The notes: generated by a model from the letters alone, not told the origin. Shown: positions 18,199 to 27,025, counted from the first letter of the stretch. The stretch: DNA of 32,000 bases from Erysipelotrichaceae bacterium (GCA_963663995.1 OY760660.1:570001-602000); one strand, 5' to 3'. Numbers and translations are program-made.

Positions 18199-20394
18199 TT
18201 ATTTTTTATCTGGTCTTGGTTTACGATCACGTGGTTTACGATCTCCACGATCATTACTACGATCAGGACGTTCACTATGTTCGAATTTCTTTTCTTCGTA
18301 ACCTTCAGGTTTTTCTTCAAATTCACGATGTGAAACATTTACACGTCCACGATCATCAATTTCAGTTACCTTAACTTTAATAATATCTCCTAAATTTAAG
18401 ATATCACTTGGTTTTTCAACACGTGTCCAGTTGATTTTGGAAACATGCAATAGACCATCTGTACCTGGGAAGAGTTCAACAAAGGCACCGAAGTTTTCAA
18501 TACGAACCACTTTAGCTTCATATATTTCGCCAACCTTAGCTTCTTTAACCAAGTTTTCAATAATGGATTTGGCTTTCTTAATTGCCGCACCATCAGTGTG
18601 GTAAATAAGAACACGTCCATCATCTTCAATATCAATCTTAACGCCATCACAATCTTCAATGATTTGGTTAATGATTTTACCACCCGCGCCAATAACATCT
18701 CTGATTTTGTCTGGTGCAATTTTTAATTTAGCAATCTTAGGTGCATAAGTACCCACTTCTGAGCGAACAGTAGAAATAGCTTCTAACATGTTACCCATGA
18801 TGTGTTCACGACCTTTTTTAGCTTGTGCTAAAGCTTCTTTTAGAATTTCTTCAGTTAAGCCAGCAATTTTAATATCCATTTGTAAAGCAGTAATACCATC
18901 CATCGTACCAGCTACTTTAAAGTCCATATCACCGAAGTGATCTTCCATCCCTTGAATATCAGTTAAAACAGTATAGTGATCACCATATGTTACAAGACCC
19001 ATGGCAATACCAGCAACTGGTGCTTTAATAGGTACACCTGATGCCATAAGTGCCATTGAACCAGCACAGATAGAAGCTTGTGAACTTGAACCATTAGATT
19101 CGAGTGTTTCTGCAACTAAACGAATAGCATATGGGAATTCTTCTTCACTTGGCAAAACTTGCGCTAAAGCTCTTTCACCTAAGGCACCATGACCAATTTC
19201 ACGACGACCTGGTGAGCCTGTACGACCCGTTTCACCCACTGAATATGGTGGGAAGTTATAGTGATGCATAAAGCGTTTGTAGTCAACAACACTTAAATCA
19301 TCAATAATTTGATTATCATTAAGTGCACCTAATGTACAAACAGATAAGACTTGTGTTTCACCACGAGTGAATAAAGCTGAACCATGAACTCTAGGTAGTA
19401 AGTCTACTTGTGAGTTTAATGGACGAATTTCATCAATTTCACGACCATCTGGACGGATTTTTTCAATCGATACTAAACGACGAACTTCATCAGCAACAAT
19501 ACCGTGTGTAATTTCTTTAACTTGTTTCAATGCTTTAGCATCTTCAAGTTTTTCTTCGAAGTGAGCATAGGTATCTGCTTCAATATCATCGATTTTGCCA
19601 TAACGAACGAGTTTTTCTTTAATCGCAACAGCTTCACGTAATCCTTTTTCACAGTATTCGCGGACTTCTTTATCTAAATCTGCATCAATACTATAAAGTT
19701 TGATTTCACGTTTTTCTTTACCGGCTTTTTCACGAATTTCTTCTTGGAAAGCACATAGTTTTTTAATATATTCATGACCAAATAACATCGCTTCTAACAT
19801 CGCTTCTTCACTGACTTCTTTTGCGCCAGCTTCAACCATATTAATCGCTGTTTTTGTACCAGCAACAATTAAATCAATATCAGAATTTTCGAGTTCTTCA
19901 ATACTTGGATTAATGATGAATTCACCATTAACACGGCCAACGGTTACCCCAGCGATAGGACCATCAAATGGGATATCACTGACACATAAAGCAGCGGATG
20001 CGCCAAACATTGCAGCCATTCTTGGAGAATAGTTATTATCAACAGATAATACTGTGTTGATAACTTGTACTTCATTACGGAAACCTTCCGCAAAAAGTGG
20101 ACGGATAGGACGGTCAATTAAACGTGCACTAAGGGTTGCGTTTTCACTTGGACGACCTTCACGTCGTAAGAATCCACCTGGAATCTTACCTACTGAATAA
20201 AGTTTTTCTTCATATCCAATAGTGAGTGGAAAGAAATCGAGATCTTTTGCATTTTTTGAAGCAACTGCTGTTGATAAAACAACTGTGTCTTCATAACGGA
20301 CAAGGACGGATCCACCGGCTTGTTTGGCAATTTCTCCCGTTTCCACTTGTAGATTTCTGCCACAGAAATCTAAATTAAATACTTGTTTTGCCAT
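18199..20394 (-). CDS. pnp: Polyribonucleotide nucleotidyltransferase (PNPase)
   Basis: 731 aa. Two RNase PH domains, KH and S1 domains ([20 protein letters not shown]), and a basic Arg/Asp/Lys/Pro tail. AGAGG RBS. Confidence 0.97.
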   Translation of the reverse strand: MAKQVFNLDFCGRNLQVETGEIAKQAGGSVLVRYEDTVVLSTAVASKNAKDLDFFPLTIGYEEKLYSVGKIPGGFLRREGRPSENATLSARLIDRPIRPLFAEGFRNEVQVINTVLSVDNNYSPRMAAMFGASAALCVSDIPFDGPIAGVTVGRVNGEFIINPSIEELENSDIDLIVAGTKTAINMVEAGAKEVSEEAMLEAMLFGHEYIKKLCAFQEEIREKAGKEKREIKLYSIDADLDKEVREYCEKGLREAVAIKEKLVRYGKIDDIEADTYAHFEEKLEDAKALKQVKEITHGIVADEVRRLVSIEKIRPDGREIDEIRPLNSQVDLLPRVHGSALFTRGETQVLSVCTLGALNDNQIIDDLSVVDYKRFMHHYNFPPYSVGETGRTGSPGRREIGHGALGERALAQVLPSEEEFPYAIRLVAETLESNGSSSQASICAGSMALMASGVPIKAPVAGIAMGLVTYGDHYTVLTDIQGMEDHFGDMDFKVAGTMDGITALQMDIKIAGLTEEILKEALAQAKKGREHIMGNMLEAISTVRSEVGTYAPKIAKLKIAPDKIRDVIGAGGKIINQIIEDCDGVKIDIEDDGRVLIYHTDGAAIKKAKSIIENLVKEAKVGEIYEAKVVRIENFGAFVELFPGTDGLLHVSKINWTRVEKPSDILNLGDIIKVKVTEIDDRGRVNVSHREFEEKPEGYEEKKFEHSERPDRSNDRGDRKPRDRKPRPDKK

Positions 20395-20418
20395 TTCTTT
20401 ACCTCTTTAACAAGCCTT

Positions 20419-20427
20419 AGTATATCA
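20419..20427 (-). promoter_or_regulatory. Candidate extended -10 promoter (TGaTATACT) for pnp
   Basis: Minus-strand TGATATACT lies about 25 nt upstream of the pnp ATG, outside (pnp-proximal to) the IS flanking repeat. Confidence 0.4.
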
Positions 20428-20447
20428 TGTTCAAGGATTTTGTTATA

Positions 20448-20461
20448 TATGTAAAAAAAAC
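20448..20461. repeat. Left copy of the 14-bp direct repeat flanking the IS (candidate target-site duplication)
   Basis: TATGTAAAAAAAAC, identical to 21956-21969. Confidence 0.6.
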
Positions 20462-20476
20462 TGTAACACGTCATTT

Positions 20477-20501
20477 TAAACGCAATAACTTATTGCGTTT
20501 A
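20477..20501. repeat. Perfect 25-bp palindrome in the IS left arm
   Basis: TAAACGCAATAA-C-TTATTGCGTTTA. The half-site recurs at 21774-21783 and 21929-21940. Confidence 0.8.
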
Positions 20502-20573
20502 CCTAGAAAAAGAAAATTATAATAAAAATACGTTAAGATCTTGAGGTTTTGAAGAGAAAGGAGTTGTTTTCTT

Positions 20574-21740
20574 ATGGGAAAACATTTAACCACACGAGAT
20601 CGAGTTATCATTCATTATCAGATTGAACATAATCGTGATACCAGTCTTAAATCATTAGCTTTAGATTTGAATTGTAGTGAATCAACTGTGTATAGAGAGT
20701 TAAAAAGAAACGTGATTAATCGAGGTTCTAAACAGCGAAGATTTATGAAGGGACAACCAGAACCTTGTCCTAAACTTCAAAGATTTCCTTATGTCTGTAA
20801 TGTATGCACACATAAATCACGCTGCAGTAAAGATATCTTTGAATACGATGCTTATGAAGCGGATAAGAAAGCGTTCTATTTAATGAAGGATTCAAGAAGT
20901 CATCCACAAATCACAACGAAGAAACTCAAAGAACTGGATGACTTAGTGAGTGATAGAGTCATGAATCATCAATCACTCTTTCATATCCTTCAAAGTGATG
21001 AAAGAATTAGTGTTTCTGAATCAACACTTAGACGCTATATTGATAAACAATATCTTCAGTGTCGAAACATTGATTTACCACGAACAGTACGCTTTCCTAA
21101 CTCTAAAACATCGACTAGAGTCTCTAGACACCGCATTAATGTTGAGTTTCTAGTGAATCGTACCTATCAGGACTTTAGGGATTATAATCATTCAAGCTCA
21201 AGAGTCACTCTACAAGTCGATACCGTCATTGGTAAGAAAACGGATAAGAAGTGTTTACTGACTTGTTTCGAGCCACTCTCGAGATTTCAATGGGGATACA
21301 TTGTCTATAAATCAGCGACCTCAGTCAATAATGCCTTGGCTGATTTGATTCAAACGCTTTACACATCAAACCATTTATTCTTCGATTGTATACTCTCAGA
21401 TAATGGTGGAGAGTTTCAATCACTACCTCAATTAGAGATGACTGATGAAGGAGAAATACTGACACGCATCTTCTACTGTGATCCCTATTCTTCATTTCAG
21501 AAAGGTGGGTGTGAACGTAATCATTCACTTATTCGTTATGTCATTAAAAAAGGAGAAAGCTTTGATTTTGTTTCACAAGACGAGATCAATCAGCTATTCT
21601 CCCACATCAACTCCCAGAAGCGTAAAAGCTTGGCTGGGAAAACGCCTTTTCAGGCATTCACTGAACGATTTCACTTTCAACCTAGTGAATTCATTCAAGT
21701 CTTTGAAGTACAACCTTCAAAGATTAAACTAAAGAAATAA
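20574..21740 (+). CDS. IS30-family DDE transposase
   Basis: 388 aa. N-terminal HTH (LALDLNCSESTVYRELKRN), Cys-rich linker (CPKLQRFPYVCNVCTHKSRC), catalytic-core motifs LQVDTVIGKK, ILSDNGGEF and QKGGCERNHSLIRY. AAGGAG RBS 10 nt upstream. Confidence 0.9.
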   Translation: MGKHLTTRDRVIIHYQIEHNRDTSLKSLALDLNCSESTVYRELKRNVINRGSKQRRFMKGQPEPCPKLQRFPYVCNVCTHKSRCSKDIFEYDAYEADKKAFYLMKDSRSHPQITTKKLKELDDLVSDRVMNHQSLFHILQSDERISVSESTLRRYIDKQYLQCRNIDLPRTVRFPNSKTSTRVSRHRINVEFLVNRTYQDFRDYNHSSSRVTLQVDTVIGKKTDKKCLLTCFEPLSRFQWGYIVYKSATSVNNALADLIQTLYTSNHLFFDCILSDNGGEFQSLPQLEMTDEGEILTRIFYCDPYSSFQKGGCERNHSLIRYVIKKGESFDFVSQDEINQLFSHINSQKRKSLAGKTPFQAFTERFHFQPSEFIQVFEVQPSKIKLKK

Positions 21741-21955
21741 TCTTCAGCTGCCTTTAAGATCTTAACGGCCCACATTGCGTTTAACTTGAAATAACCACAA
21801 TTTCAAGTTCCTTTTAGTGCGGTCAAAAGACCTTAATAAGTACCTTTATTATAATCTTTTCAAACAAAAAGTGATATCCAAGACTGAATATCACTCATTT
21901 TTTAACGAAATTAACTATTCTTCTATTTTTATTGCGTTAAGTTTAAATACTAACC

Positions 21956-21969
21956 TATGTAAAAAAAAC
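21956..21969. repeat. Right copy of the 14-bp direct repeat (also the U-tract side of the rpsO terminator)
   Basis: TATGTAAAAAAAAC, identical to 20448-20461. Confidence 0.6.
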
Positions 21970-21988
21970 AGTCGAATTTCGACTGTTT
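21961..21988 (-). terminator. Rho-independent terminator of rpsO
   Basis: Minus strand: AAACAGUCGAA-AU-UUCGACUGUUU (stem AAACAGUCGAA paired with UUCGACUGUUU, central AU loop), the distal arm running on into the 8-U run (21961-21968); starts directly after the rpsO stop. Confidence 0.85.
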
Positions 21989-22253
21989 ATTTACGTAAAC
22001 CTAAGCTTGCAATGAGTGCTGAATAGCGAGCAACATCTTCATTTTTAAGATATTTTAATAATGAACGACGTGATCCTACCATTTTTAGAAGACCTCTGTT
22101 TGAGTGAAAGTCTTTCTTGTGCACTTTCATGTGTTCTGTTAAAGTTTCAATTTGTGCTGTTAAAATAGCAATTTGAACTTCAGCTGAACCTGTATCACCT
22201 TTAGTACGAGCGTACTTTTCAATGATAGCTGTTTTAGTTTCTTTTGATAGCAT
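21987..22253 (-). CDS. rpsO: 30S ribosomal protein S15
   Basis: 88 aa from the ATG at 22251-22253 ([32 protein letters not shown]...). The AGGAGG RBS is 8 nt upstream of this ATG but only 2 nt from the ORF-track ATG at 22259, so the shorter form is preferred. Confidence 0.95.
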   Translation of the reverse strand: MLSKETKTAIIEKYARTKGDTGSAEVQIAILTAQIETLTEHMKVHKKDFHSNRGLLKMVGSRRSLLKYLKNEDVARYSALIASLGLRK

Positions 22254-22348
22254 GTGCATATCCTCCTTTTTAATCTGTGTCCTTTATCACCGAGTAAGCG
22301 GTTGGAGTTTCCAGAAAACCCAGTCATAAAGCCTTCATACTTTATCAT

Positions 22349-23440
22349 TTATTCACTGATAAAGTCAACTAATATCTCATGTAAGAGTTCGCGACCTTTT
22401 TCAGTGCATTTTAAATACTTCTCTTCAATGACTAATAAATCATTCTTAAGATGTTTATCAATCACTTCTTTATAGTTTTCTAAACAATCTATCCCTGTTT
22501 TAAATTTAAACTTTTCAAGATTAATTCCTGTATCGACTCTTAAACCCATCATCAAAGACTCAAAGGCAAGATCTTCTTGACTTAAATCAATGATTTTCTT
22601 ATGGATTGGCTTAGACAAATAGTCTTGTAAATTTCGACTATTCTCAAGGCGTTTATGTCCAATCTTACTGTGTGCCCCTGGACCACTGCCTAAATAATCA
22701 TCATAGGTCCAATAATGTAAGTTATGTATTGAAGGTTTATCTAAACAAAAGTTAGATATTTCATAATGTCGATAACCCGCATCTTGTGCTCTTTCACAAA
22801 TAAGTTCATACATATCTGCTTCTAAATCTTCATCAATCTTTTGACGTTTCTCGCGCCCCCATTTACTGTTTGCTTCAATCGTTAAAGCATAGATTGAGAA
22901 ATGTTCTAAACGAAGTTTAAATAAAACATCTAATGAATGATTTAAACTCTCTATAGTTTGTCCAGGTAGTGCATACATCAAATCAATTGAAATATTATTA
23001 AAGCCATTTGCTTGAAGCAAAGTAATAGCTGATGAAATATCTTCTTCGCTATGAAAGCGATCCATCTCTTTAATTTCTTTTTGATTAAATGACTGAACAC
23101 CTAAAGAAATGCGATTTACACCTCTTTTCTTTAAGAGTAAAACTTTATCCAAATCAACAGATTCAGGATTCATCTCAAAACTGATTTCAGTCGCTTGATC
23201 AAGCTGTGTTTGCACAATATCAAACAATTTTTCTAATTCTTCAAGCGATAAGACGGATGGTGTTCCACCACCAAAGTAAACTGTATTGACTTTAGTTAGA
23301 TCATAGTGCTCAATTTCTTTTTTAAGTGCTTCTAAGTAATCATTCACAAGTTTTGGATGATAGCCAACGCGCATAAAGTCACAATAAGCACAGATATGCG
23401 CACAAAAAGGTACGTGGATGTAGAGTGCTTTAATCGACAT
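22349..23440 (-). CDS. hemW: Radical SAM heme chaperone HemW (HemN-like, oxygen-independent coproporphyrinogen oxidase family)
   Basis: 363 aa. N-terminal YIHVPFCAHICAYCDF (CxxxCxxC radical-SAM cluster) and GGGTPS motif. Lies downstream of lepA, as in Bacillus. Confidence 0.85.
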   Translation of the reverse strand: MSIKALYIHVPFCAHICAYCDFMRVGYHPKLVNDYLEALKKEIEHYDLTKVNTVYFGGGTPSVLSLEELEKLFDIVQTQLDQATEISFEMNPESVDLDKVLLLKKRGVNRISLGVQSFNQKEIKEMDRFHSEEDISSAITLLQANGFNNISIDLMYALPGQTIESLNHSLDVLFKLRLEHFSIYALTIEANSKWGREKRQKIDEDLEADMYELICERAQDAGYRHYEISNFCLDKPSIHNLHYWTYDDYLGSGPGAHSKIGHKRLENSRNLQDYLSKPIHKKIIDLSQEDLAFESLMMGLRVDTGINLEKFKFKTGIDCLENYKEVIDKHLKNDLLVIEEKYLKCTEKGRELLHEILVDFISE

Positions 23441-23714
23441 CTTTATACCTTTTATCTACATCTATCCATTTTTTCTCAATGATTTCTTCAATATCAACAT
23501 TTAAATCATTAGCTAATGAGATAGCATACATTAAGACATCCGCAAGTTCTGCTTCAACCTTTTCAAAATCGATATCTTCATTGATAAAACATTCTAAAAG
23601 TTCAGCTGATTCAACATAGATTGATTTCGCTAAATTGTGAGCTGTATCAGTTTTATCCCAACCTTTACGAGCTCGATAAGTTTCAATTTTTTGGATGAGA
23701 TTGACTTTATTCAT
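23430..23714 (-). CDS. Small MazG-like nucleotide pyrophosphohydrolase domain protein
   Basis: 94 aa. All-alpha MazG-type acidic motifs (VESAELLE...[10 protein letters not shown]). Overlaps lepA by 8 nt and hemW by 11 nt. Confidence 0.6.
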   Translation of the reverse strand: MNKVNLIQKIETYRARKGWDKTDTAHNLAKSIYVESAELLECFINEDIDFEKVEAELADVLMYAISLANDLNVDIEEIIEKKWIDVDKRYKDVD

Positions 23715-25506
23715 CCATCGATAAAACGGCCATAAACGCTTCTTGCGGAACTTCCACAGAACCCACGTTTTTCATCCGTTTCTTCCCTTCCTTTTGTTTC
23801 TCTAATAGTTTTTTCTTACGAGAAACGTCACCACCATAACATTTAGCTAAAACATTTTTACGTAAAGCTTTAATATCACTACGGGCAATAATTTTATGAT
23901 TAATGGCTGCTTGAATAGGAATTTCAAATTGTTGACGAGGAATCAAGGTTCTTAATTTTTCAACAATGACTTTTCCACGTGGATAAGCAAAGTCACGATG
24001 AACAATGATCGATAATGCATCAACTGTTTCGGCATTAATCATAATATCCATCTTAACAAGTTTAGATGTTTGATAACCAATAAACTCATAATCAAATGAT
24101 GCATATCCTTTTGTGACTGTTTTTAACTTATCAAAGAAATCAAAAACAATTTCACCTAAAGGTAATTGATAAACTAGATTATTTCGAGTGTTATCGATAT
24201 AGATCATATCTTGATAGATCCCACGTTTTTTCTGACAAAGTTCCATAACCGGTCCCACATATTCTTTAGGAACCATGATCGTCGCTTTAACGTAAGGTTC
24301 TTCCATATGATCAATACGAGTGACTTCTGGTAAAAAGGCCGGGTTATCAACCTTAACCATAGAACCATCACTTAAATAAGCATGATAGACAACCGATGGT
24401 GCCGTTGCGATTAGGGTTAGATTATATTCTCTTTCTAAGCGCTCTTGCACAACATCCATGTGTAAAAGCCCTAAGAAACCACATCTAAAACCAAATCCTA
24501 AAGCTTGAGAACTTTCAGCTTCAAAACGTAAAGACGCATCATTGAGTTGAAGTTTTTCTAAGGCATCACGTAAATCGTTATATCGATTTGCATCAATTGG
24601 GTAAAGACCACAAAAAACCATTGAGTTTAATTGACGATAACCAGGTAAAGCTTCGGTAGCTGGACGATTATCTAAAGTAATCGTATCACCCACATGTACA
24701 TCCTTTACAGATTTAATACTTGCGGCAATCCAACCAACTTCACCACAAACAAGTTCATTCTTTTTAATTTCTTTAGGTGTTCTTACCCCAACTTCAGTGA
24801 CAGTATAGCTTGCATTGGTGGCCATAAAACGAATTTCATCGCCAACTTTTACACGTCCCTCTTGAATACGGACAAAACTAATAACACCTCGATATGATTC
24901 ATAAAGTGAATCAAAAACCAAAGCTTTCAAAGGGGCATTGATATCACCCTTTGGAGCAGGTACGTGTTTAACAACTTGTTCTAAAACATCACGAACATTG
25001 ATACCACTTTTTGCGGAAATAAGCGGAGCTTCAGAACAATCTAAGCCAATAACATTTTCAATTTCATGTTTTACGCGCTCTGGATCAGCCGCAGGCAAAT
25101 CAATTTTATTGATAACCGGTATAATTTCTAAATCATTATCTAAAGCTAAATAAACATTAGCGAGGGTTTGTGCTTCTATCCCTTGGGCTGCATCTACGAC
25201 TAAAACAGCTCCTTCACAAGCTGCTAAAGATCGAGATACTTCATAGGTAAAATCGACATGTCCTGGTGTATCAATAAGATGAAAAACATATTGTTCACCA
25301 TCAAGGGCAGTATAGGCTAATTGAACAGCATTCAATTTAATCGTAATACCACGCTCTCTTTCTAGATCTAAGGAGTCTAGAACTTGGGCGACCATTTCAC
25401 GTGTTTGTAGGGTTTCAGTCAGCTCTAAAATTCGATCAGCTAAGGTAGATTTACCGTGATCGATATGAGCAATGATTGAGAAATTTCGAATTTTTGATTG
25501 ATCCAT
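23707..25506 (-). CDS. lepA: Translation elongation factor 4 (LepA)
   Basis: 599 aa. [19 protein letters not shown]1 motif, DTPGH, NKID, and a conserved LepA C-terminal domain. Confidence 0.97.
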   Translation of the reverse strand: MDQSKIRNFSIIAHIDHGKSTLADRILELTETLQTREMVAQVLDSLDLERERGITIKLNAVQLAYTALDGEQYVFHLIDTPGHVDFTYEVSRSLAACEGAVLVVDAAQGIEAQTLANVYLALDNDLEIIPVINKIDLPAADPERVKHEIENVIGLDCSEAPLISAKSGINVRDVLEQVVKHVPAPKGDINAPLKALVFDSLYESYRGVISFVRIQEGRVKVGDEIRFMATNASYTVTEVGVRTPKEIKKNELVCGEVGWIAASIKSVKDVHVGDTITLDNRPATEALPGYRQLNSMVFCGLYPIDANRYNDLRDALEKLQLNDASLRFEAESSQALGFGFRCGFLGLLHMDVVQERLEREYNLTLIATAPSVVYHAYLSDGSMVKVDNPAFLPEVTRIDHMEEPYVKATIMVPKEYVGPVMELCQKKRGIYQDMIYIDNTRNNLVYQLPLGEIVFDFFDKLKTVTKGYASFDYEFIGYQTSKLVKMDIMINAETVDALSIIVHRDFAYPRGKVIVEKLRTLIPRQQFEIPIQAAINHKIIARSDIKALRKNVLAKCYGGDVSRKKKLLEKQKEGKKRMKNVGSVEVPQEAFMAVLSMDE

Positions 25507-25516
25507 AGCTACTTTC

Positions 25517-25996
25517 TTAATTAAAATTTTTCGTTAAACGTCTAAATAAAGGTAATACACTAAATGCAATAACAGCACAAATTAATCCTTGCGCAATATT
25601 GGCCATAAAAGATGGGATAAACATGGCTAATGAACTTGATAAGAAAGCATCGGTTAAACCATAACCTGCAGCCATCCAAGTTCCTGCTAAAATATAAGCA
25701 TAAAAAGGAACTTTATCCTTCTTCACAAATAAGGCAATAATCGCAGCTTCTAAACCTTTAATAATTAAAGTAAAAATTGCATATTGACCCCAACCTAATA
25801 ATACATCTGCTAAAGCAGCCCCAACTCCAGCTAATAGTGCTAGAGGTAAGCCTAAACTATATGCCATAGACATCACTAAGACGTCTCCTAAATTAAAATA
25901 ACCACCAACAACAGGGATAGGCATTGTAGGCCACATTGTAAGTAATACAATAGCCGCAATAAATACAGAAGTTAAAGCGAGTGTTTTGACTTTCAT
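25517..25996 (-). CDS. ECF-transporter S-component-like membrane protein (substrate unknown)
   Basis: 159 aa, about 5-6 TM helices. The pattern [15 protein letters not shown]...[12 protein letters not shown]...[11 protein letters not shown] is what I associate with small ECF substrate-capture subunits. ATGA overlap with fmt. No riboswitch or EcfA/T genes nearby. Confidence 0.5.
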   Translation of the reverse strand: MKVKTLALTSVFIAAIVLLTMWPTMPIPVVGGYFNLGDVLVMSMAYSLGLPLALLAGVGAALADVLLGWGQYAIFTLIIKGLEAAIIALFVKKDKVPFYAYILAGTWMAAGYGLTDAFLSSSLAMFIPSFMANIAQGLICAVIAFSVLPLFRRLTKNFN

Positions 25997-26940
25997 AATG
26001 TCTCCTTGAATATATGTTGATTCAGACTAACTGCGTTACCAGCCCATACAGCGTTTGCATCCATGCGTTTCTTACCTTCGAGTTGAAGATCAGGTATTCC
26101 AATGCAGCCATCTTCTGTTTTAATGGCTAAAGCATGATCGATTAAACCTAATATGGTTCCGGCTTTCTCTTCCCCAGTATAATCAATCTCAAATGCACTA
26201 TAGAATTTTATTTTCTTGTCATCTAAGAGACCATAAGATACTGGCCACGGTGATAAACCATTAATATGATTGACCACTTCACTTGTCTTTCGATTAAAAG
26301 AAACAAATTCCATTTCTCGTGAGATATTTGGGGCAAAACTTACTTTACTTTCATCTTGTTCAAACTCTTTAATGTTTAAATCAAATAATTCTTCAAAATG
26401 TTTTTTTAGTAAATCTGCACCACAGACTTGAAGTTTATCATGTAATGAACCCATTGTCTCTCCTTTTTCAATGAAAACTTTCTCTTGAAAAAGAATCGCT
26501 CCAGCATCCATCTTTTTAACCATACGCATTAGGGTAATACCACTTTCCTTTTCACCATTGACAATAGCCATATGGATAGGTGCTCCCCCTCTATATTTAG
26601 GAAGTAAGGAAGCATGTACATTAACACTTTTAAAGCGTGGTAATTCAAGAATTCGACTAGGAATAAATTGACCATAAGCACATGTCACAATTAAGTCTGG
26701 ATTTAGTGCTTTAATTTCTTCATAAACGTCTGCAATTTTTTCTGGTTGTAAAACAGGAATGTGATAGGACAATGCGAGTTCTTTAACAGGCGTTGCTTTT
26801 AATTCTTGTTTGCGTCCAACCTTGCGATCAGGTTGCGATATAACAGTGATGATATCGCAATCTAATTCATTTAATGCTTGTAAAATTGAACAGGCAAATT
26901 GGGGTGTTCCCATAAAAAGTACGCGTTTTTTCATGCACAT
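25993..26940 (-). CDS. fmt: Methionyl-tRNA formyltransferase
   Basis: 315 aa. FMGTPQFA N-terminus, HASLLPKYRGGAPI motif. The start may instead be the third codon (ATG at 26932-26934, MKKRVLFMGTP). Confidence 0.93.
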   Translation of the reverse strand: MCMKKRVLFMGTPQFACSILQALNELDCDIITVISQPDRKVGRKQELKATPVKELALSYHIPVLQPEKIADVYEEIKALNPDLIVTCAYGQFIPSRILELPRFKSVNVHASLLPKYRGGAPIHMAIVNGEKESGITLMRMVKKMDAGAILFQEKVFIEKGETMGSLHDKLQVCGADLLKKHFEELFDLNIKEFEQDESKVSFAPNISREMEFVSFNRKTSEVVNHINGLSPWPVSYGLLDDKKIKFYSAFEIDYTGEEKAGTILGLIDHALAIKTEDGCIGIPDLQLEGKKRMDANAVWAGNAVSLNQHIFKETL

Positions 26941-26958
26941 ATCGCTCCTTGTCGATTT

Positions 26959-26967
26959 ATTATAGCA
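26959..26967 (-). promoter_or_regulatory. Candidate extended -10 promoter (TGcTATAAT) for fmt
   Basis: Minus-strand TGCTATAAT lies about 20 nt upstream of the AAGGAG RBS and ATG of fmt. Confidence 0.4.
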
Positions 26968-26996
26968 TAAGCAAAGTAAAGCTAGTGTTGCTTATC

Positions 26997-27025
26997 TTGC
27001 ATTGCATTTTATAGTTTGTTATAAT
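26997..27025 (+). promoter_or_regulatory. Sigma-A type promoter of rpsT
   Basis: TTGCAT (26997-27002), 17-nt spacer, TATAAT (27020-27025). AAGGAGG RBS at 27044-27050. Confidence 0.6.

Larger units (their letters stand above)
20462..21955 (+). mobile_element. IS30-family insertion sequence (preferred boundaries, about 1.49 kb)
   Basis: Flanked by a perfect 14-bp direct repeat TATGTAAAAAAAAC (20448-20461 and 21956-21969). Exactly 15 nt inside each end lies a 12-mer in inverted orientation, 11/12 identical: TAAACGCAATAA at 20477-20488 and the reverse complement of 21929-21940. Contains its own -10 TATAAT (20518-20523), an RBS, a transposase ORF, and a hairpin after the ORF (21783-21815). An alternative smaller element is discussed in findings. 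Confidence 0.6.

Noticed and set aside
20448-20464. Extending the flanking direct repeat to 17 bp (TATGTAAAAAAAAC-N-GT)
   Set aside because: It requires a mismatch and breaks the exact 15-nt symmetry between the repeat and the inverted 12-mers. The extra GT match is weak evidence.
20531-21767. The 12-bp inverted repeat CGTTAAGATCTT / AAGATCTTAACG as the true IS termini (a 1237-bp element)
   Set aside because: Not adopted as the primary model. No flanking duplication is visible at these ends. The best transposase promoter (-10 at 20518-20523) and the post-ORF hairpin (21783-21815) would fall outside the element. The outer model is supported by a 14-bp direct repeat and symmetric 12-mers. This model is kept as an explicit alternative in the findings because its size is more typical of IS30.
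21817-22026. 69-aa + ORF in the IS right arm running into rpsO
   Set aside because: It starts at GTG with no RBS. It crosses the IS boundary and the rpsO terminator, and ends antisense inside rpsO. Its product is low-complexity.
22160-22475. ORFs of 62 aa (-) and 73 aa (+) around the rpsO 5' end
   Set aside because: They overlap the rpsO coding region or leader and the 3' end of hemW in other frames. They have no independent signals.
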